Of a stretch of DNA of 64,000 nucleotides, positions 17,987-28,645 are shown one piece after another. Position 1 is the stretch's first letter, and every line of letters starts with the position of its first letter. The DNA lies in contig OY776562.1 in assembly GCA_963675785.1 (NCBI GenBank), positions 1,792,001 to 1,856,000 of the forward strand, read 5' to 3'. The notes beneath the pieces were generated by a model, which was not told the DNA's origin, made no database searches, and was given only the letters and a program-made list of their open reading frames with translations. Source of the DNA: Anaerolineae bacterium. Lineage in GTDB: Bacteria; Chloroflexota; Anaerolineae; UBA1429. The translations under genes and the position numbers were made by a program.

Positions 17987-19993
17987 ATGAAGGTTTCACG
18001 CCGTGAGTTCGTCCGCATATCGAGCCTGACTGCTGTAGCAGGTATTGCAGCAGCTTGCACACAGGCTACGGCCACACCAGAGCCCACCACCGCCCCAACG
18101 CCAACAACCGCCGCGGCAGCCACTAGCGCGCCAGAAGCTACCGTCGAACCCGTTTCTATGTACAAAGAAGCCCCGATGCTGGCTGAAAAAGTGACCGCTG
18201 GCGAACTGCCCACAGTAGACGAACGACTGCCCATCGAGCCCTGTGTAGCGCCTGTACTGGAAGGCATCGGCAATTACGGGGGCGCCATGCGTCGTGGCTA
18301 TACAGGCATGTCCGACCGCCAGGGCCCACGCAAGATCCGAGAAAAGAGTTTCATCTGGTTCACGCCTGATTTTGCTGTTCGACCTGCCCTGGCCAAAAGC
18401 TGGGAGCTAAGCGACGATGCCCGCGTCTGGACCTGGCACCTGCGTGAAGGCACCAAATGGTCAGACGGTGAGCCCTTTACCAGTGCAGACATTCAATGGT
18501 TTTGGGATAATCGTCTCAACAACGCCGAAATCACAACAGCTCCGCCAAGTGAATGGTCTACCGGAACGCCAAGCATACTCGCCACCTGCGAGACCCCCGA
18601 TGCCTATACTGCCGTTTTTACCTTTCAGGACCCCAACCCGCTGTGGATTTACAAACTCGCCTGGGAGAACAAGCCATTTACGCCAGTTCACTATATGGAG
18701 CAGTATCATCCTGACTTTGCCGGCACAGAAGCTGTCGAGGCTAAAGCGACGGAATTGGGCTTTGATACCTGGCAGTCACTTTACCTGGAATTGGATGATC
18801 GACGAGACCTACACCCCGACCGCCCCTGTTTGGATGCATGGGTGTGCACCAATAAACTGGGAGAAGAGCTGTTTCTGATGGATCGAAACCCTTATTTCTG
18901 GGAGATTGATGAAGAGGGGAATCAGCTACCTTATATTGATACGATTCAGCATAGACTTTTTGAAACAACCGAAGTGCTGAATATGTGGATCATCAACGGT
19001 GAAATCGACTTTCAGGGGCGCAAGCTCAGCATCGCCAACTATACCATCTACAAAGAAGGAGAAAATGGCGGTGACTATGCGGTCGCATTGATGAAAAACG
19101 ACGAGTTTGTTGGTGTGTGCCTGAACCAGACTGTCAATGATGAGCGATTACGCGAGTTTTTCCAAAATCGCAATGTGCGCATTGCCATCTCGCACGCAGT
19201 AAACCGTGATGAGATGAACGAACTCGTCTACGATGGGCTGGGCACACCCGGCCAATACGCCCCTGTCGATGGTTCGCCGCAGGCTTATCCAGAGCTAGCC
19301 CAAGCCTATATCGAATTTGATCCGGATCTTGCCAGCCAACTTTTGGATGAAGCCGGGTATGCCGAAAAAGATGGTGACGGTATGCGGGTCTGGCCGGGCA
19401 CCAACGAGCTCATCAGCTTTCAAATCGAAGGTATCTTTGAGGGTGGCTCTCCCGAAGAAGATGCTGCCCAGTTAGTCAGCAAGTACCTGCATGATGTGGG
19501 CATTAAAGCTGACTACAAGTACCTCGAACGCTCACTCTATGAAGAGCGCTGTGAGATCAACGACCTAACCGCTGGCTGGTGGGGTTGTGATCGCGCCGAG
19601 TTACCCATCGTCGATCCGGGCAACTTTTTGGGAATCCAAACTCAGCGCCCATGGGGTGCCGCCTGGGGCATTTGGTATAACACAGGGGATACAACAGTAG
19701 GCGAGGAGCCTCCCGCGGATCACTGGATCCGCCGTATCTGGTCGGCCTATGAGGCTTCCATCATCGAGCCCGATTGGGATCGGCAGGTCGAGCTATTCTC
19801 AGAGATCTTTGAGGTTTGGAAAGAAGAGCTGCCAGCCAATATGTTCATCGGCCAATTCCCCGTTCCTGTGGTGGTCAAGAACGGTTTGCGCAACTTTGTA
19901 GGTGGTTATACCAGCGGCCGTATCCGCTGTGATGAAAACCTCTTTGGCGACCAGACGCTGTACTGGGAGAGTCCAGAAGAACATACGTTGTAA
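17987..19993 (+). CDS. ABC transporter substrate-binding protein, family 5 (probably oligosaccharide-binding), Tat lipoprotein
   Basis: MKVSRREFV twin-arginine, IAAAC lipobox, Ala/Pro/Thr linker, EAPMLAEKV..LPTVDERLP, LREGTKWSDGEPFTSADI, RNPYFW; GGAGG RBS before ATG 17987. Confidence 0.92.
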   Translation: MKVSRREFVRISSLTAVAGIAAACTQATATPEPTTAPTPTTAAAATSAPEATVEPVSMYKEAPMLAEKVTAGELPTVDERLPIEPCVAPVLEGIGNYGGAMRRGYTGMSDRQGPRKIREKSFIWFTPDFAVRPALAKSWELSDDARVWTWHLREGTKWSDGEPFTSADIQWFWDNRLNNAEITTAPPSEWSTGTPSILATCETPDAYTAVFTFQDPNPLWIYKLAWENKPFTPVHYMEQYHPDFAGTEAVEAKATELGFDTWQSLYLELDDRRDLHPDRPCLDAWVCTNKLGEELFLMDRNPYFWEIDEEGNQLPYIDTIQHRLFETTEVLNMWIINGEIDFQGRKLSIANYTIYKEGENGGDYAVALMKNDEFVGVCLNQTVNDERLREFFQNRNVRIAISHAVNRDEMNELVYDGLGTPGQYAPVDGSPQAYPELAQAYIEFDPDLASQLLDEAGYAEKDGDGMRVWPGTNELISFQIEGIFEGGSPEEDAAQLVSKYLHDVGIKADYKYLERSLYEERCEINDLTAGWWGCDRAELPIVDPGNFLGIQTQRPWGAAWGIWYNTGDTTVGEEPPADHWIRRIWSAYEASIIEPDWDRQVELFSEIFEVWKEELPANMFIGQFPVPVVVKNGLRNFVGGYTSGRIRCDENLFGDQTLYWESPEEHTL

Positions 19994-20001
19994 GAAGTAT
20001 A

Positions 20002-20035
20002 AAATCCCCTCTCACATTCTTGTGAGAGGGGATTT
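20002..20035. terminator. Bidirectional terminator
   Basis: AAATCCCCTCTCACA-ttct-TGTGAGAGGGGATTT. Confidence 0.85.
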
Positions 20036-20058
20036 GTTATACTAAGGAGAGTTAGATA

Positions 20059-21165
20059 TTACGAGTCAATTCCCATATTCTTGAGCATTTCCTCATTTAT
20101 TTTCTCTACCTGGAATTTCTCCAGACAGATTTTATAGCTCTCCGTGCCCATTCTAGCTATCTCGGGCTCATTTTGGATAAACCATTCCATTTTTTGGGCC
20201 AAAGCATCGCTATCACGAGCTGGTATGAGAAATCCATTTCTCCCCTCGACAACTGTCTCTCTACAACCGGGAACATCCGTTGTCAGAATGGGCCGTCCCA
20301 TAGCCATTGCCTCAAGGACAGTTCGAGGGATGCCCTCTCTATATGAAGAAAGTACATAAACAGAGCATTGTCTATAGTACGAGGCTACATCATCTGTCTC
20401 GCCAAAGTATTCGATGACACCATCTTTGATATACGGAGCCAGATCATCTTCCTTTAAAGAGTCCGATATGTTTTCTATAGCTCCGAGCAACATGAACCTT
20501 ACTTTAGGATATTTACTTTTGATCTGCGAGGCAGCCTGCAAGTACTCCATAACACCTTTGCTGGCGATGACTCGAGAAAGCATAAAAAATGTGGTGATTT
20601 CTGGAAAGGGTACCAGAGGAAATAGCTCCATATTGACGCCAGACCCATCAACCAAACGACACTTCTGAGGTTTTAGCAAGCCAAGTTCGGTAAATTGGCG
20701 CAGATCATCTTTATTTTGAAATATGACCCTGTCCGTACAGGTAAAAGCAATACGATACAAAATACTAACCATTAATTTTGTGAATTTGGCTCTCCCCCCT
20801 TTGGCAGTGAAGGCATAACCTGCACCGGTGACCATGGTATTAATGTTCTTCACTCCAGCCAATTTCGCCGCAATGGAGCCATAGATATTAGGCTTGATAG
20901 TATATGCGAGTACCACATCCGGTTTCTCCGCTTTGATTAGTCTGTATAGGTTACTCAAGTACCTGAGATCCCCAATTATACTAAATCCATTTTTATCCAA
21001 GGGGATTACCTGAAGAAGAGCGCCCAGCTCGTTGATCTTTTCCAATCCATCTCTGTTAGGGCCAGTCACAACAATATCATAGCCTCTTGAGGCAATCTCT
21101 CGAAGTAAGTCTCCCCTAAAATTGTATACCGTTCTATTCTTCGGCGAGATCAGCAGGAATTTCAT
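20059..21165 (-). CDS. GT4 glycosyltransferase (CapM/PglA-like)
   Basis: YTIKPNIYG, DGSGVN, SYREGIPRTVLEAMAMGRPILTTDVPGCRE. Confidence 0.92.
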   Translation of the reverse strand: MKFLLISPKNRTVYNFRGDLLREIASRGYDIVVTGPNRDGLEKINELGALLQVIPLDKNGFSIIGDLRYLSNLYRLIKAEKPDVVLAYTIKPNIYGSIAAKLAGVKNINTMVTGAGYAFTAKGGRAKFTKLMVSILYRIAFTCTDRVIFQNKDDLRQFTELGLLKPQKCRLVDGSGVNMELFPLVPFPEITTFFMLSRVIASKGVMEYLQAASQIKSKYPKVRFMLLGAIENISDSLKEDDLAPYIKDGVIEYFGETDDVASYYRQCSVYVLSSYREGIPRTVLEAMAMGRPILTTDVPGCRETVVEGRNGFLIPARDSDALAQKMEWFIQNEPEIARMGTESYKICLEKFQVEKINEEMLKNMGIDS

Positions 21166-21389
21166 TGCTACACCTTTGTTATTTCGTAATTTATATCAAC
21201 TTATCCAGATGACACCCTAATAAACAGCTGCATCCTGAAATCCTACATGAGAGACGAAAGACGTGACCCTATCTCCACAAGATCATCTCATGATCTATTC
21301 AGGTTAGCTTGCATTTATCAAACATATGCTAGAAGACAAGTGTGAATGCAAGATGTGGTACGGCTAGAGAGGTCATGAATCGATGATGC

Positions 21390-22310
21390 TCAAATGAGAG
21401 CAGAATTATCCTTGAATTCCCTCAAATTCTTATATATCAGGTCGAATAGCCTCGTATTAATCCTATCTGAGAGGAAAGAATTATGTGGTGTAACTATTAC
21501 CTTCTCAATATCCCATAAGGGGCTATCCTGAGGCAAAGGCTCCTCCTCGAACACATCGAGAGCAACACCAAGAAACTTGCCTTTGAGAATAGCCTGGATT
21601 AAAGTCCCCTCGTCTATGATCCCTCCACGCGAAGTGTTGATAAGGACGGCGTCATCTTTCATTCGAACGATATTTTCGGCGTTGATCAATCCGCGCGTTT
21701 CATCAATCAGCGGAATGGTCAGAATGACTATATCACTCCTACCGAAAACATCCCCAATTCTCTCTAGTGTGTAATATTCATCAACCAGCCCCTGAACTGG
21801 CTCGCGTCTGCTAATGCCGATCAAATGCACGTCAAATGCCCTCAATCGCTTGGCAACCTCTGTCCCGACACTACCCACACCAACTATCAAAGCTGTTTTG
21901 CCAGCAAGTTCTAGTAGATCGCGCTGCTTTTGCCAAAGATGTCGAGACTGCGTATCGTAGAACTGTCTGCTCTTTTTGTAGATTGTCAGAACCATGAGCA
22001 CGATCCACTCTGCCATAGGCACACTATAGACATCCTTGGCATTATGGAGAGTGATCTTGTGCTCCTGGATATAGCTGATCGGCACTCTATCTAGGCCTGC
22101 ACTTGTAAGCTGAATAAACTTTAGATCGTAGAAACTGCGAATATCGTTGCAAAGAAATAGACTATTGCACACTATAGCATCCAACCTTGTCGTATCGATC
22201 GACAAAGGAATACGTTCGTCTTGAACGAAGATTAGGTCGTACCCCAAAGTCTCAAGCTTTTTCACTTGTGAATCTGTATAGGGAAAAGCTCCGGTCAACA
22301 AAAGCTTCAT
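21390..22310 (-). CDS. D-isomer-specific 2-hydroxyacid dehydrogenase
   Basis: GVGSVG, INTSRG, ALDVFEEEPL, TPHN. Confidence 0.9.
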   Translation of the reverse strand: MKLLLTGAFPYTDSQVKKLETLGYDLIFVQDERIPLSIDTTRLDAIVCNSLFLCNDIRSFYDLKFIQLTSAGLDRVPISYIQEHKITLHNAKDVYSVPMAEWIVLMVLTIYKKSRQFYDTQSRHLWQKQRDLLELAGKTALIVGVGSVGTEVAKRLRAFDVHLIGISRREPVQGLVDEYYTLERIGDVFGRSDIVILTIPLIDETRGLINAENIVRMKDDAVLINTSRGGIIDEGTLIQAILKGKFLGVALDVFEEEPLPQDSPLWDIEKVIVTPHNSFLSDRINTRLFDLIYKNLREFKDNSALI

Positions 22311-23290
22311 GCCTTGTGTGCTTTTCTTGCAGTCACTGTAAACACTTTTGTGATTACCTTATCAATGCCTTGTCCAACTCTGGATGCTGTAAGATGTAAC
22401 AAAAAAGCTGAAAGAATAATCATGCTGGTAATTATTATCCAGTTCAAAGGGAAAACCATAAAAGCTAATTTGCGGATAATTACATATTGGACCACGTAAA
22501 TTTCGAGTGTGATCATGGAGACAAAGCTAAACACTGCTTTGAGCTTTTTGGGCAAGGCATCAAGCCATCCATCGATACCAGCAAAGCATCTCATGATATA
22601 CGCCAAGGTTATAAAAAGAACGATTTGATTTACTAGTTGATAAGAACTCAGCTCAGGGAATCGTACAAAGGCCAGCTTTGAAATGGCATAAACGACAATC
22701 GCAACTGCCAGAATCAGCCAGTTATAGCGCTTATTATCATTCAAGAACCTATCATTATTTTTTCTAAAGTAGGCTCCCAGAAGCATGGACTCGAAAAAGA
22801 GAAATCGTATCATGGGTTCCCGTACGGTATCGATGTGGTAATAAGATCTATCGTATGCAAACACATAAATGATTACCTGAATAAAGAATACTATGGTCAT
22901 CACCCAGATAATTTTTTTTGATAGAAACTCATTTTTAATAATAAGGTAATACGGAACATATAAAAGGATAATGGAAGAGATAAAATGATAATAAGTTGGA
23001 TAAAGAAAATATTGAAGCAGCGAAAAATCGTCCAAGGAGTATAAATTCAACAAAAGGTAGATTGCCGTCACAACCCAAACTGCAGGATAGATCCGAGTAA
23101 TTCGTTTCTCGTACCAGCAAAAAAATTTGTCATGCAGATTAGCTAAAACAAATCCCGAGACCGAGAAGAACAAAACGTCTCCCAATAACCCGCCGTTGGC
23201 AATCAAGTCTGTGGGATATACACCTGTATAGTGCGCATTCGTAATCAGAATCGCAGCCAAAGCCCTTAGCACCGTGGCATAAAAGATCAC
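22307..23290 (-). CDS. Membrane-bound acyltransferase family 3
   Basis: LRALAAILITNAH, GDVLFFSVSGF, KRITRIYP, about 10 TM segments; GTG 23290 with GGAGG RBS. Confidence 0.85.
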   Translation of the reverse strand: MIFYATVLRALAAILITNAHYTGVYPTDLIANGGLLGDVLFFSVSGFVLANLHDKFFCWYEKRITRIYPAVWVVTAIYLLLNLYSLDDFSLLQYFLYPTYYHFISSIILLYVPYYLIIKNEFLSKKIIWVMTIVFFIQVIIYVFAYDRSYYHIDTVREPMIRFLFFESMLLGAYFRKNNDRFLNDNKRYNWLILAVAIVVYAISKLAFVRFPELSSYQLVNQIVLFITLAYIMRCFAGIDGWLDALPKKLKAVFSFVSMITLEIYVVQYVIIRKLAFMVFPLNWIIITSMIILSAFLLHLTASRVGQGIDKVITKVFTVTARKAHKA

Positions 23291-23291
23291 G

Positions 23292-24131
23292 TCACACGCC
23301 TCCTGATCCCAAAGAAATACAGCGCACAATATCATTAACCTTGTTGCGAACTAGTATCGCATTTTCCTCGAAAAAGCTCTTTTCCTTCTGAGATAGGACT
23401 TGTTCATAAACACGGATATCACGTACTCCCTCTGCGAAAATGACTCTAACCTGTGCAAGATCGTTTAGCATACCTGGATTGCAAAAACTTCTTGAGAGTA
23501 TGGCCATATTGGAGCCCAGCCGATAGTGCTCTGCCAGTATATTCTCAGCGGGTAGGGTTCCCTGCCCCAAACGGGCTATTCCCCCAAAGCCATAAGGGAT
23601 TCCATGTTCTTTTATCTTGTTGCAGATCATCTCCACAGTACCATCTGCCAAGAGCTCAAACATAAAATGCTTTTTGTAACCCATGTGCAGATCATTCAAG
23701 CCAATGTGAATACAATCAACGCCATCGATAGCAAGTAGAGAATCGAGCTGATCGACTGCTTCAGGAGTTTCGAGCAAGAGACATGTTCGAGCTCTTTGGG
23801 CCACGAAACCGACAAATTCTTGGGCTTCCCATATGCTTTTAAAAAAGGGAAGCATAATTATATCAGCCCCGCGGGAAACCACGTCATCAATCTCTTTAGC
23901 CGAACTCTCATATATCGGATTAACTCTGACTAGCAATTTTGCAAGTGTCAACACACTGCGAAGCCTGGCAACATCATCCAAACTGTGCGATGAAATGACC
24001 GTATCTAGATGGCCTTGCCGATCGACTTTGCCATTCTTTTCGAGATCGACAAATATCCAGTCAACACCACTGGCTTCTGCGATCAGTGCGATATCTGCAT
24101 TGTTTGTTATATACATTAGCTTCAGAGGCAT
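23292..24131 (-). CDS. HpcH/HpaI aldolase/citrate-lyase-family protein (polysaccharide-locus type)
   Basis: GVDWIFVDLE, LLVRVNP, LLETPEAV, HIGLNDL. Confidence 0.85.
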   Translation of the reverse strand: MPLKLMYITNNADIALIAEASGVDWIFVDLEKNGKVDRQGHLDTVISSHSLDDVARLRSVLTLAKLLVRVNPIYESSAKEIDDVVSRGADIIMLPFFKSIWEAQEFVGFVAQRARTCLLLETPEAVDQLDSLLAIDGVDCIHIGLNDLHMGYKKHFMFELLADGTVEMICNKIKEHGIPYGFGGIARLGQGTLPAENILAEHYRLGSNMAILSRSFCNPGMLNDLAQVRVIFAEGVRDIRVYEQVLSQKEKSFFEENAILVRNKVNDIVRCISLGSGGV

Positions 24132-24171
24132 TATTTAGGCCCTCTTATCTGAGAATAGCCTCAAACTATTG

Positions 24172-24768
24172 TCAAAATGCTGTTTTTTTATCATTTATAT
24201 TATCTTGCATTTTAATTACTTTGATGATCGTTTTTACAAAAATATTCACATCAAAACAAAAAGACATCTTCTCTATGTATTCCACATCATACTCTAGCCT
24301 TTTGCTCCAAGGAACATCTTTGCGACCGTTAACCTGTGCCCAGCCGGTTACTCCAGGCCGCACACCGAATCTTTTTTTCTGCTTTTCGGTATATTCTTCA
24401 TATGGCCAAGGATGATAGGTCAAAGTAGGCCGCGGCCCGATTAATGACATATCCCCTTTTATGATGTTCAACAATTGTGGGAGTTCATCCAAGCTTGTCT
24501 TTCGCAGAAACCTGCCCATTGGCGTAACACGGACATCATTCTTTATCTCATAAACCCCACCCTTTTCGGCACCAACACACATTGAACGGAATTTATAGAT
24601 CCAAAAGGCTGTGCCATCCAGGCCGAGACGCGCTTGCTTGAAAATGACAGGGCCACGCGAATCTATCTTGATAGCCAGACTCAAGATAAATAATAGCGGC
24701 GATAGTAAAAGCAAGCCCGTCACTGAGAAAAAGATATCCAGAATTCGCTTAACCTTTGGGTACGCCAC
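24172..24768 (-). CDS. Priming sugar (polyprenyl-phosphate glycosyl-1-phosphate) transferase
   Basis: KRILDI, IYKFRSM, FLRKTSLDELPQLLNIIKGDMSLIGPRP, RPGVTGWAQVNGR. Confidence 0.95.
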   Translation of the reverse strand: MAYPKVKRILDIFFSVTGLLLLSPLLFILSLAIKIDSRGPVIFKQARLGLDGTAFWIYKFRSMCVGAEKGGVYEIKNDVRVTPMGRFLRKTSLDELPQLLNIIKGDMSLIGPRPTLTYHPWPYEEYTEKQKKRFGVRPGVTGWAQVNGRKDVPWSKRLEYDVEYIEKMSFCFDVNIFVKTIIKVIKMQDNINDKKTAF

Positions 24769-24904
24769 CTGAATCTCCCTCTATCATCCAAATAGTTCCA
24801 TGGTTTCTATATAGTTTCACAGCCAAACACATAACGATATGTAAACTATCCGCTAGGCCGGGCCACACATCTCAAATTGTATTGCTTAAAGCGAACCCCA
24901 AGAA

Positions 24905-26323
24905 TTAGGAACCCGCTTTTCTATTTGCAAAATAAACACGTCGCGCAAAACCCGCAAGCCTCTTTTTATGAAAGGCTAGATATCCTGCTAATGCTACATA
25001 GAATATCCATAGTTCATGTAGCTCGACCCCAATTAAGAATAGGATCAATACAACCAACTCCCAACCAATCTCGTGCCAGTGCTTTTTCTCCATCTTTGCC
25101 CTAGAATAAATTTCGGTCGCATAGCTCCGGCCTAATAAGATAACTAGTGTTACCCAGGCAATGGATTCGGCCGATCCCCAAATGCGATATGCCCAAATGC
25201 TTGCCAAACACATGACAAAAGAGAATGCAAGATTGATGTAGAGAAATTGTTTCAGCCATCCCTTAGCATTGAATAAATTGCGAGTTACAATCGTCACCTT
25301 CGCCTGAGCAACTATTAAGGGTAAAAGAATGTGAAAATAGCCAAGTAATCCAATATATTGCGAAAAGAAAGACCGCACACCCCAAATAACTAGGGGATAG
25401 AAACCAAGAAGAACTAGAGAACTACTGCTAACGAGAATGATAGCATCATCAAAGTACTCACGCAGTTTATCACCTGCTCTACAAAATAAAGGATAAATTA
25501 CACTACCAAGTGCAGTAATAAAAAGTAATAAAGCATTTACAAGAGTAGTTCCAAATGAAAAAGAAGAAAACTCCTCAATAGGTCCGCCACGTTCAATTAC
25601 CATTCTCCCAAATGAGAGAAGTATCGTGTTTAGGACATTTATAACCGTAACGACAATGCCTGTCCTCATTGTGGAGATAATTTCGCTAAACGCTGTGCGA
25701 AGAGGCTCACAGATTCCAAACACAAGATCACGGCCAAACCAAACACTGATCATCAATGTAGCAGTTTTGGCGAAAATATCTGCTAATATGACAATTTTAT
25801 AGTTACTGTATCCAGACAATAGGCAGACTAAAACTGAGGCAGCCAAGGTAAAACGAGGTATTACCCGAAGGATTCCATATTTCTCAAAGCGATTCGTTAT
25901 CTGAAACACCATCAAAAAAAAGGTATTGAGGGCCATTATAATTAGATCAATTGCTACAAAAGAAAGGGCGACTCTTGTATCTGGAGCTTTTATAAAAGCT
26001 GAAAAAGCGATCAAGAATATGGCCATAATAATAGCCTGAGAAGCTACCATAACACGAAGAGAAGTCCTCAAAAAAGGGCGAGGGAGGGCATCATAGTCAT
26101 AACTTCCGAAGCGGATATACACACCATCATTGAAACCAAATTGAAAAACACCCACGTAGCCAGCATATAGCAAATAGGTCTGCCAATAACCATATTGCTC
26201 AACGCCAAGTAATCCGGGCAACAGAAAACCTATTAGCAGATTGGCTAGATACACTCCTCCCTGCGAAAGAAAAACAGAAACTGTATTTTGGATTAACTTG
26301 CTCTTAGCCCTTATCGATCCCAC
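24905..26323 (-). CDS. wzx: Oligosaccharide flippase Wzx
   Basis: About 12 TM segments; LGVEQYGYWQTYLLY..GFNDGVYIRF MATE-like N-terminus; locus context. Confidence 0.8.
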   Translation of the reverse strand: MGSIRAKSKLIQNTVSVFLSQGGVYLANLLIGFLLPGLLGVEQYGYWQTYLLYAGYVGVFQFGFNDGVYIRFGSYDYDALPRPFLRTSLRVMVASQAIIMAIFLIAFSAFIKAPDTRVALSFVAIDLIIMALNTFFLMVFQITNRFEKYGILRVIPRFTLAASVLVCLLSGYSNYKIVILADIFAKTATLMISVWFGRDLVFGICEPLRTAFSEIISTMRTGIVVTVINVLNTILLSFGRMVIERGGPIEEFSSFSFGTTLVNALLLFITALGSVIYPLFCRAGDKLREYFDDAIILVSSSSLVLLGFYPLVIWGVRSFFSQYIGLLGYFHILLPLIVAQAKVTIVTRNLFNAKGWLKQFLYINLAFSFVMCLASIWAYRIWGSAESIAWVTLVILLGRSYATEIYSRAKMEKKHWHEIGWELVVLILFLIGVELHELWIFYVALAGYLAFHKKRLAGFARRVYFANRKAGS

Positions 26324-26381
26324 TCTATGCCCAAACCTTCTTAATCTCTACTTTCAATAACATTGACAATCTTAACTTTGC

Positions 26382-27341
26382 TCACCAGGTTTTCCAGTTT
26401 TGACTAGAAACGCCGCCTTGTCGTGATAGACCATTAGGTGAAAGAAGGCGTTCTCTACTTTCAATAATCACCCGTTTCAAAAGCCTCGAATATTCTTTTG
26501 AGCGAAATGATCGCCAAAAGAAGCTGAAAAATCTTGTTAGCCAGAGAGGAAGAATTTTCCATAAAGGAGCACGTAAGTAACTGCGACAATAATAAATCTC
26601 ACTGAAGATGGAATGCATCATGCTAAACGCACTAGCATGACGTGTGCTACCGCGATGACGATGCGTCACTATTGCTTCTGGAATCAGAACAGTTCGATAT
26701 CCAGCACGTTCAGAAGCGATGCCAAGAATAAGTTCCTCTTCGAATAAAAAGGTGTTTTCATCTAATGGAAGAACTTCTTCGGCAAATTTTATGCTAAAAG
26801 CGAAACAACAACCTAAAACATAATAAACATCTATAGGATCATGAGGAATATAAGAAAAAGATAAAGGATTTCTGCGGTCTATTCCTAGATGGCGCAACAC
26901 CGTCTTATGGAGATATTTTTCTCTCAATCCTATCTTGCGGATTGAGTAGCCAATTTGATCTCTGCCATCAGGAAAAAGAACCCTAGGACCTGTTATTCCT
27001 ACATCATGATGTTTAATAAGGTATTCTATTAAAAAATCAATGCTGCACGGGCCAAAAACTATATCACTATTACACAAAACAATATTCTCGCAATGGTCCG
27101 CCAAAGCAAACTTAATGCCCATATTATTGCCAGCGGCATACCCTCGATTTTTGTCACTAGCAACAACCGTAACAATAGGAGAACCAATATACAGCTTTTT
27201 CAACTTAGCATAGGAGTCATCGGGGGAAGCATTGTCAACTATGTAGATATGATAATCTTGAGAGCAAGCCTCAGGCACTGTAGAAACACAGGTGAGTGTA
27301 TCCTGGCATGAGAGATAATTGAGAATGACGATCCCAATCAC
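26382..27341 (-). CDS. GT2 glycosyltransferase
   Basis: IVILNY, IVDNASPD, NRGYAAGNNMG, NSD, FLFEEE. Confidence 0.9.
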   Translation of the reverse strand: MIGIVILNYLSCQDTLTCVSTVPEACSQDYHIYIVDNASPDDSYAKLKKLYIGSPIVTVVASDKNRGYAAGNNMGIKFALADHCENIVLCNSDIVFGPCSIDFLIEYLIKHHDVGITGPRVLFPDGRDQIGYSIRKIGLREKYLHKTVLRHLGIDRRNPLSFSYIPHDPIDVYYVLGCCFAFSIKFAEEVLPLDENTFLFEEELILGIASERAGYRTVLIPEAIVTHRHRGSTRHASAFSMMHSIFSEIYYCRSYLRAPLWKILPLWLTRFFSFFWRSFRSKEYSRLLKRVIIESRERLLSPNGLSRQGGVSSQNWKTW

Positions 27342-28645
27342 TGAGTTTCCTCAATTGGCAAAAATCCCTGCGAAACTGATAGTTTCTTAGCTCTTGTCAT
27401 TCCCAATCCCAGGTACAGCCAAAAGAAAAGATCAAAATAGTAAGAAAATAAATTAGGCTCGGCCATTCCGTGTAACAAAAGAGCTATAGAAGCCATCAAA
27501 ATACCCGCAAGTGTTGAATCGGATCGTGCATATGCTGAAAGCTTACGAATGGGAATAAAAACCGCTAGTACAAACACTATCAAATTTGCAAAACCTCCCT
27601 GAGTCAATGATTCCAAAATAAGATTATGGGGACGGAATGTATCATATTTGATCATTGAAACAGCGGGAAAACCAAGCCCATTGCCAAAGAGAGGATACCG
27701 CAAAAACTTCTGAAATGAGTAAGCGAATAAGACTATTCTGCCACTTGTTGTTACATTTATAGAGTCGTGGCCAATTGTTTGAAATGTCCTAATGTAACTA
27801 TCTAAAAATCCCATCGAGTAAAGTCCAAAAACGATCCCTCCTAGAACAACCATAATTACAAGGGCGCCGAAACCAGATATTTTGACAATTCTTAACTTAT
27901 CAGGAAGCAATAAACCCATGAATACCACAAAAATAAAGGCGAGTATTCCTCCATCACTCCTTGTTAACAAGAGTCCTATTAATAGGATTAATAGGACAAG
28001 CGACTTTTTCCATCCTTTCGGGAGAGAATACAAAAGTGAGAAAAAGAAAAAAAGAAAAAAGGAAGCGAGTGTATTCGATTTACCAGCGGGCACCACTATT
28101 CTAGTTTTTGTGTACCCCTGTATTCCCATTGCACCAACAACGTTCCAAGCATTCAGGATAACTTGTGCACTGAGTATCAGCCCAGATATAAGAGAGATTG
28201 CGATAATAACACGTCTTACATCAACTTCTAGCGAACGAGATACCATATAAACTAGAGGACATATCAGGACTGTAACATAATTACCTAAATACCCGTTCAG
28301 CTCAACTGTGTAAAATAGAGGAATTAGAAGAAGTGGTATGCGAAGAAATAAAGTCCATAAAACAGGATCAATAAATATTCTCTTTTTTTGAGTAATCAAT
28401 CCCAGCAATAAAAGACAAAAGATTGCGAAGATTGAGATACTGGAAATCTGGTTAGTTGGGTAACGAAAAGCCAGCAACTGAGAACTATACAAAGAGCGCT
28501 CAGGAGTAAAGAGAAAGATAAGCGCTATCGGGATCAACAGCACGAACAAGAAGCGATTTGTTCGCCTAGTTATAGAAGCCTCCTTTGAAACGCTATTAGC
28601 CACGCGCCACCTTCCACATTTTGCATGCACTAATGAAGCTTTCAT
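27338..28645 (-). CDS. O-antigen polymerase/ligase-family membrane protein (Wzy/WaaL-like)
   Basis: About 11 TM segments, SNTLA, LLTRSDGG, TSGRIVL, PLFGNGLG, PHNLILE. Confidence 0.8.
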   Translation of the reverse strand: MKASLVHAKCGRWRVANSVSKEASITRRTNRFLFVLLIPIALIFLFTPERSLYSSQLLAFRYPTNQISSISIFAIFCLLLLGLITQKKRIFIDPVLWTLFLRIPLLLIPLFYTVELNGYLGNYVTVLICPLVYMVSRSLEVDVRRVIIAISLISGLILSAQVILNAWNVVGAMGIQGYTKTRIVVPAGKSNTLASFFLFFFFSLLYSLPKGWKKSLVLLILLIGLLLTRSDGGILAFIFVVFMGLLLPDKLRIVKISGFGALVIMVVLGGIVFGLYSMGFLDSYIRTFQTIGHDSINVTTSGRIVLFAYSFQKFLRYPLFGNGLGFPAVSMIKYDTFRPHNLILESLTQGGFANLIVFVLAVFIPIRKLSAYARSDSTLAGILMASIALLLHGMAEPNLFSYYFDLFFWLYLGLGMTRAKKLSVSQGFLPIEETQ

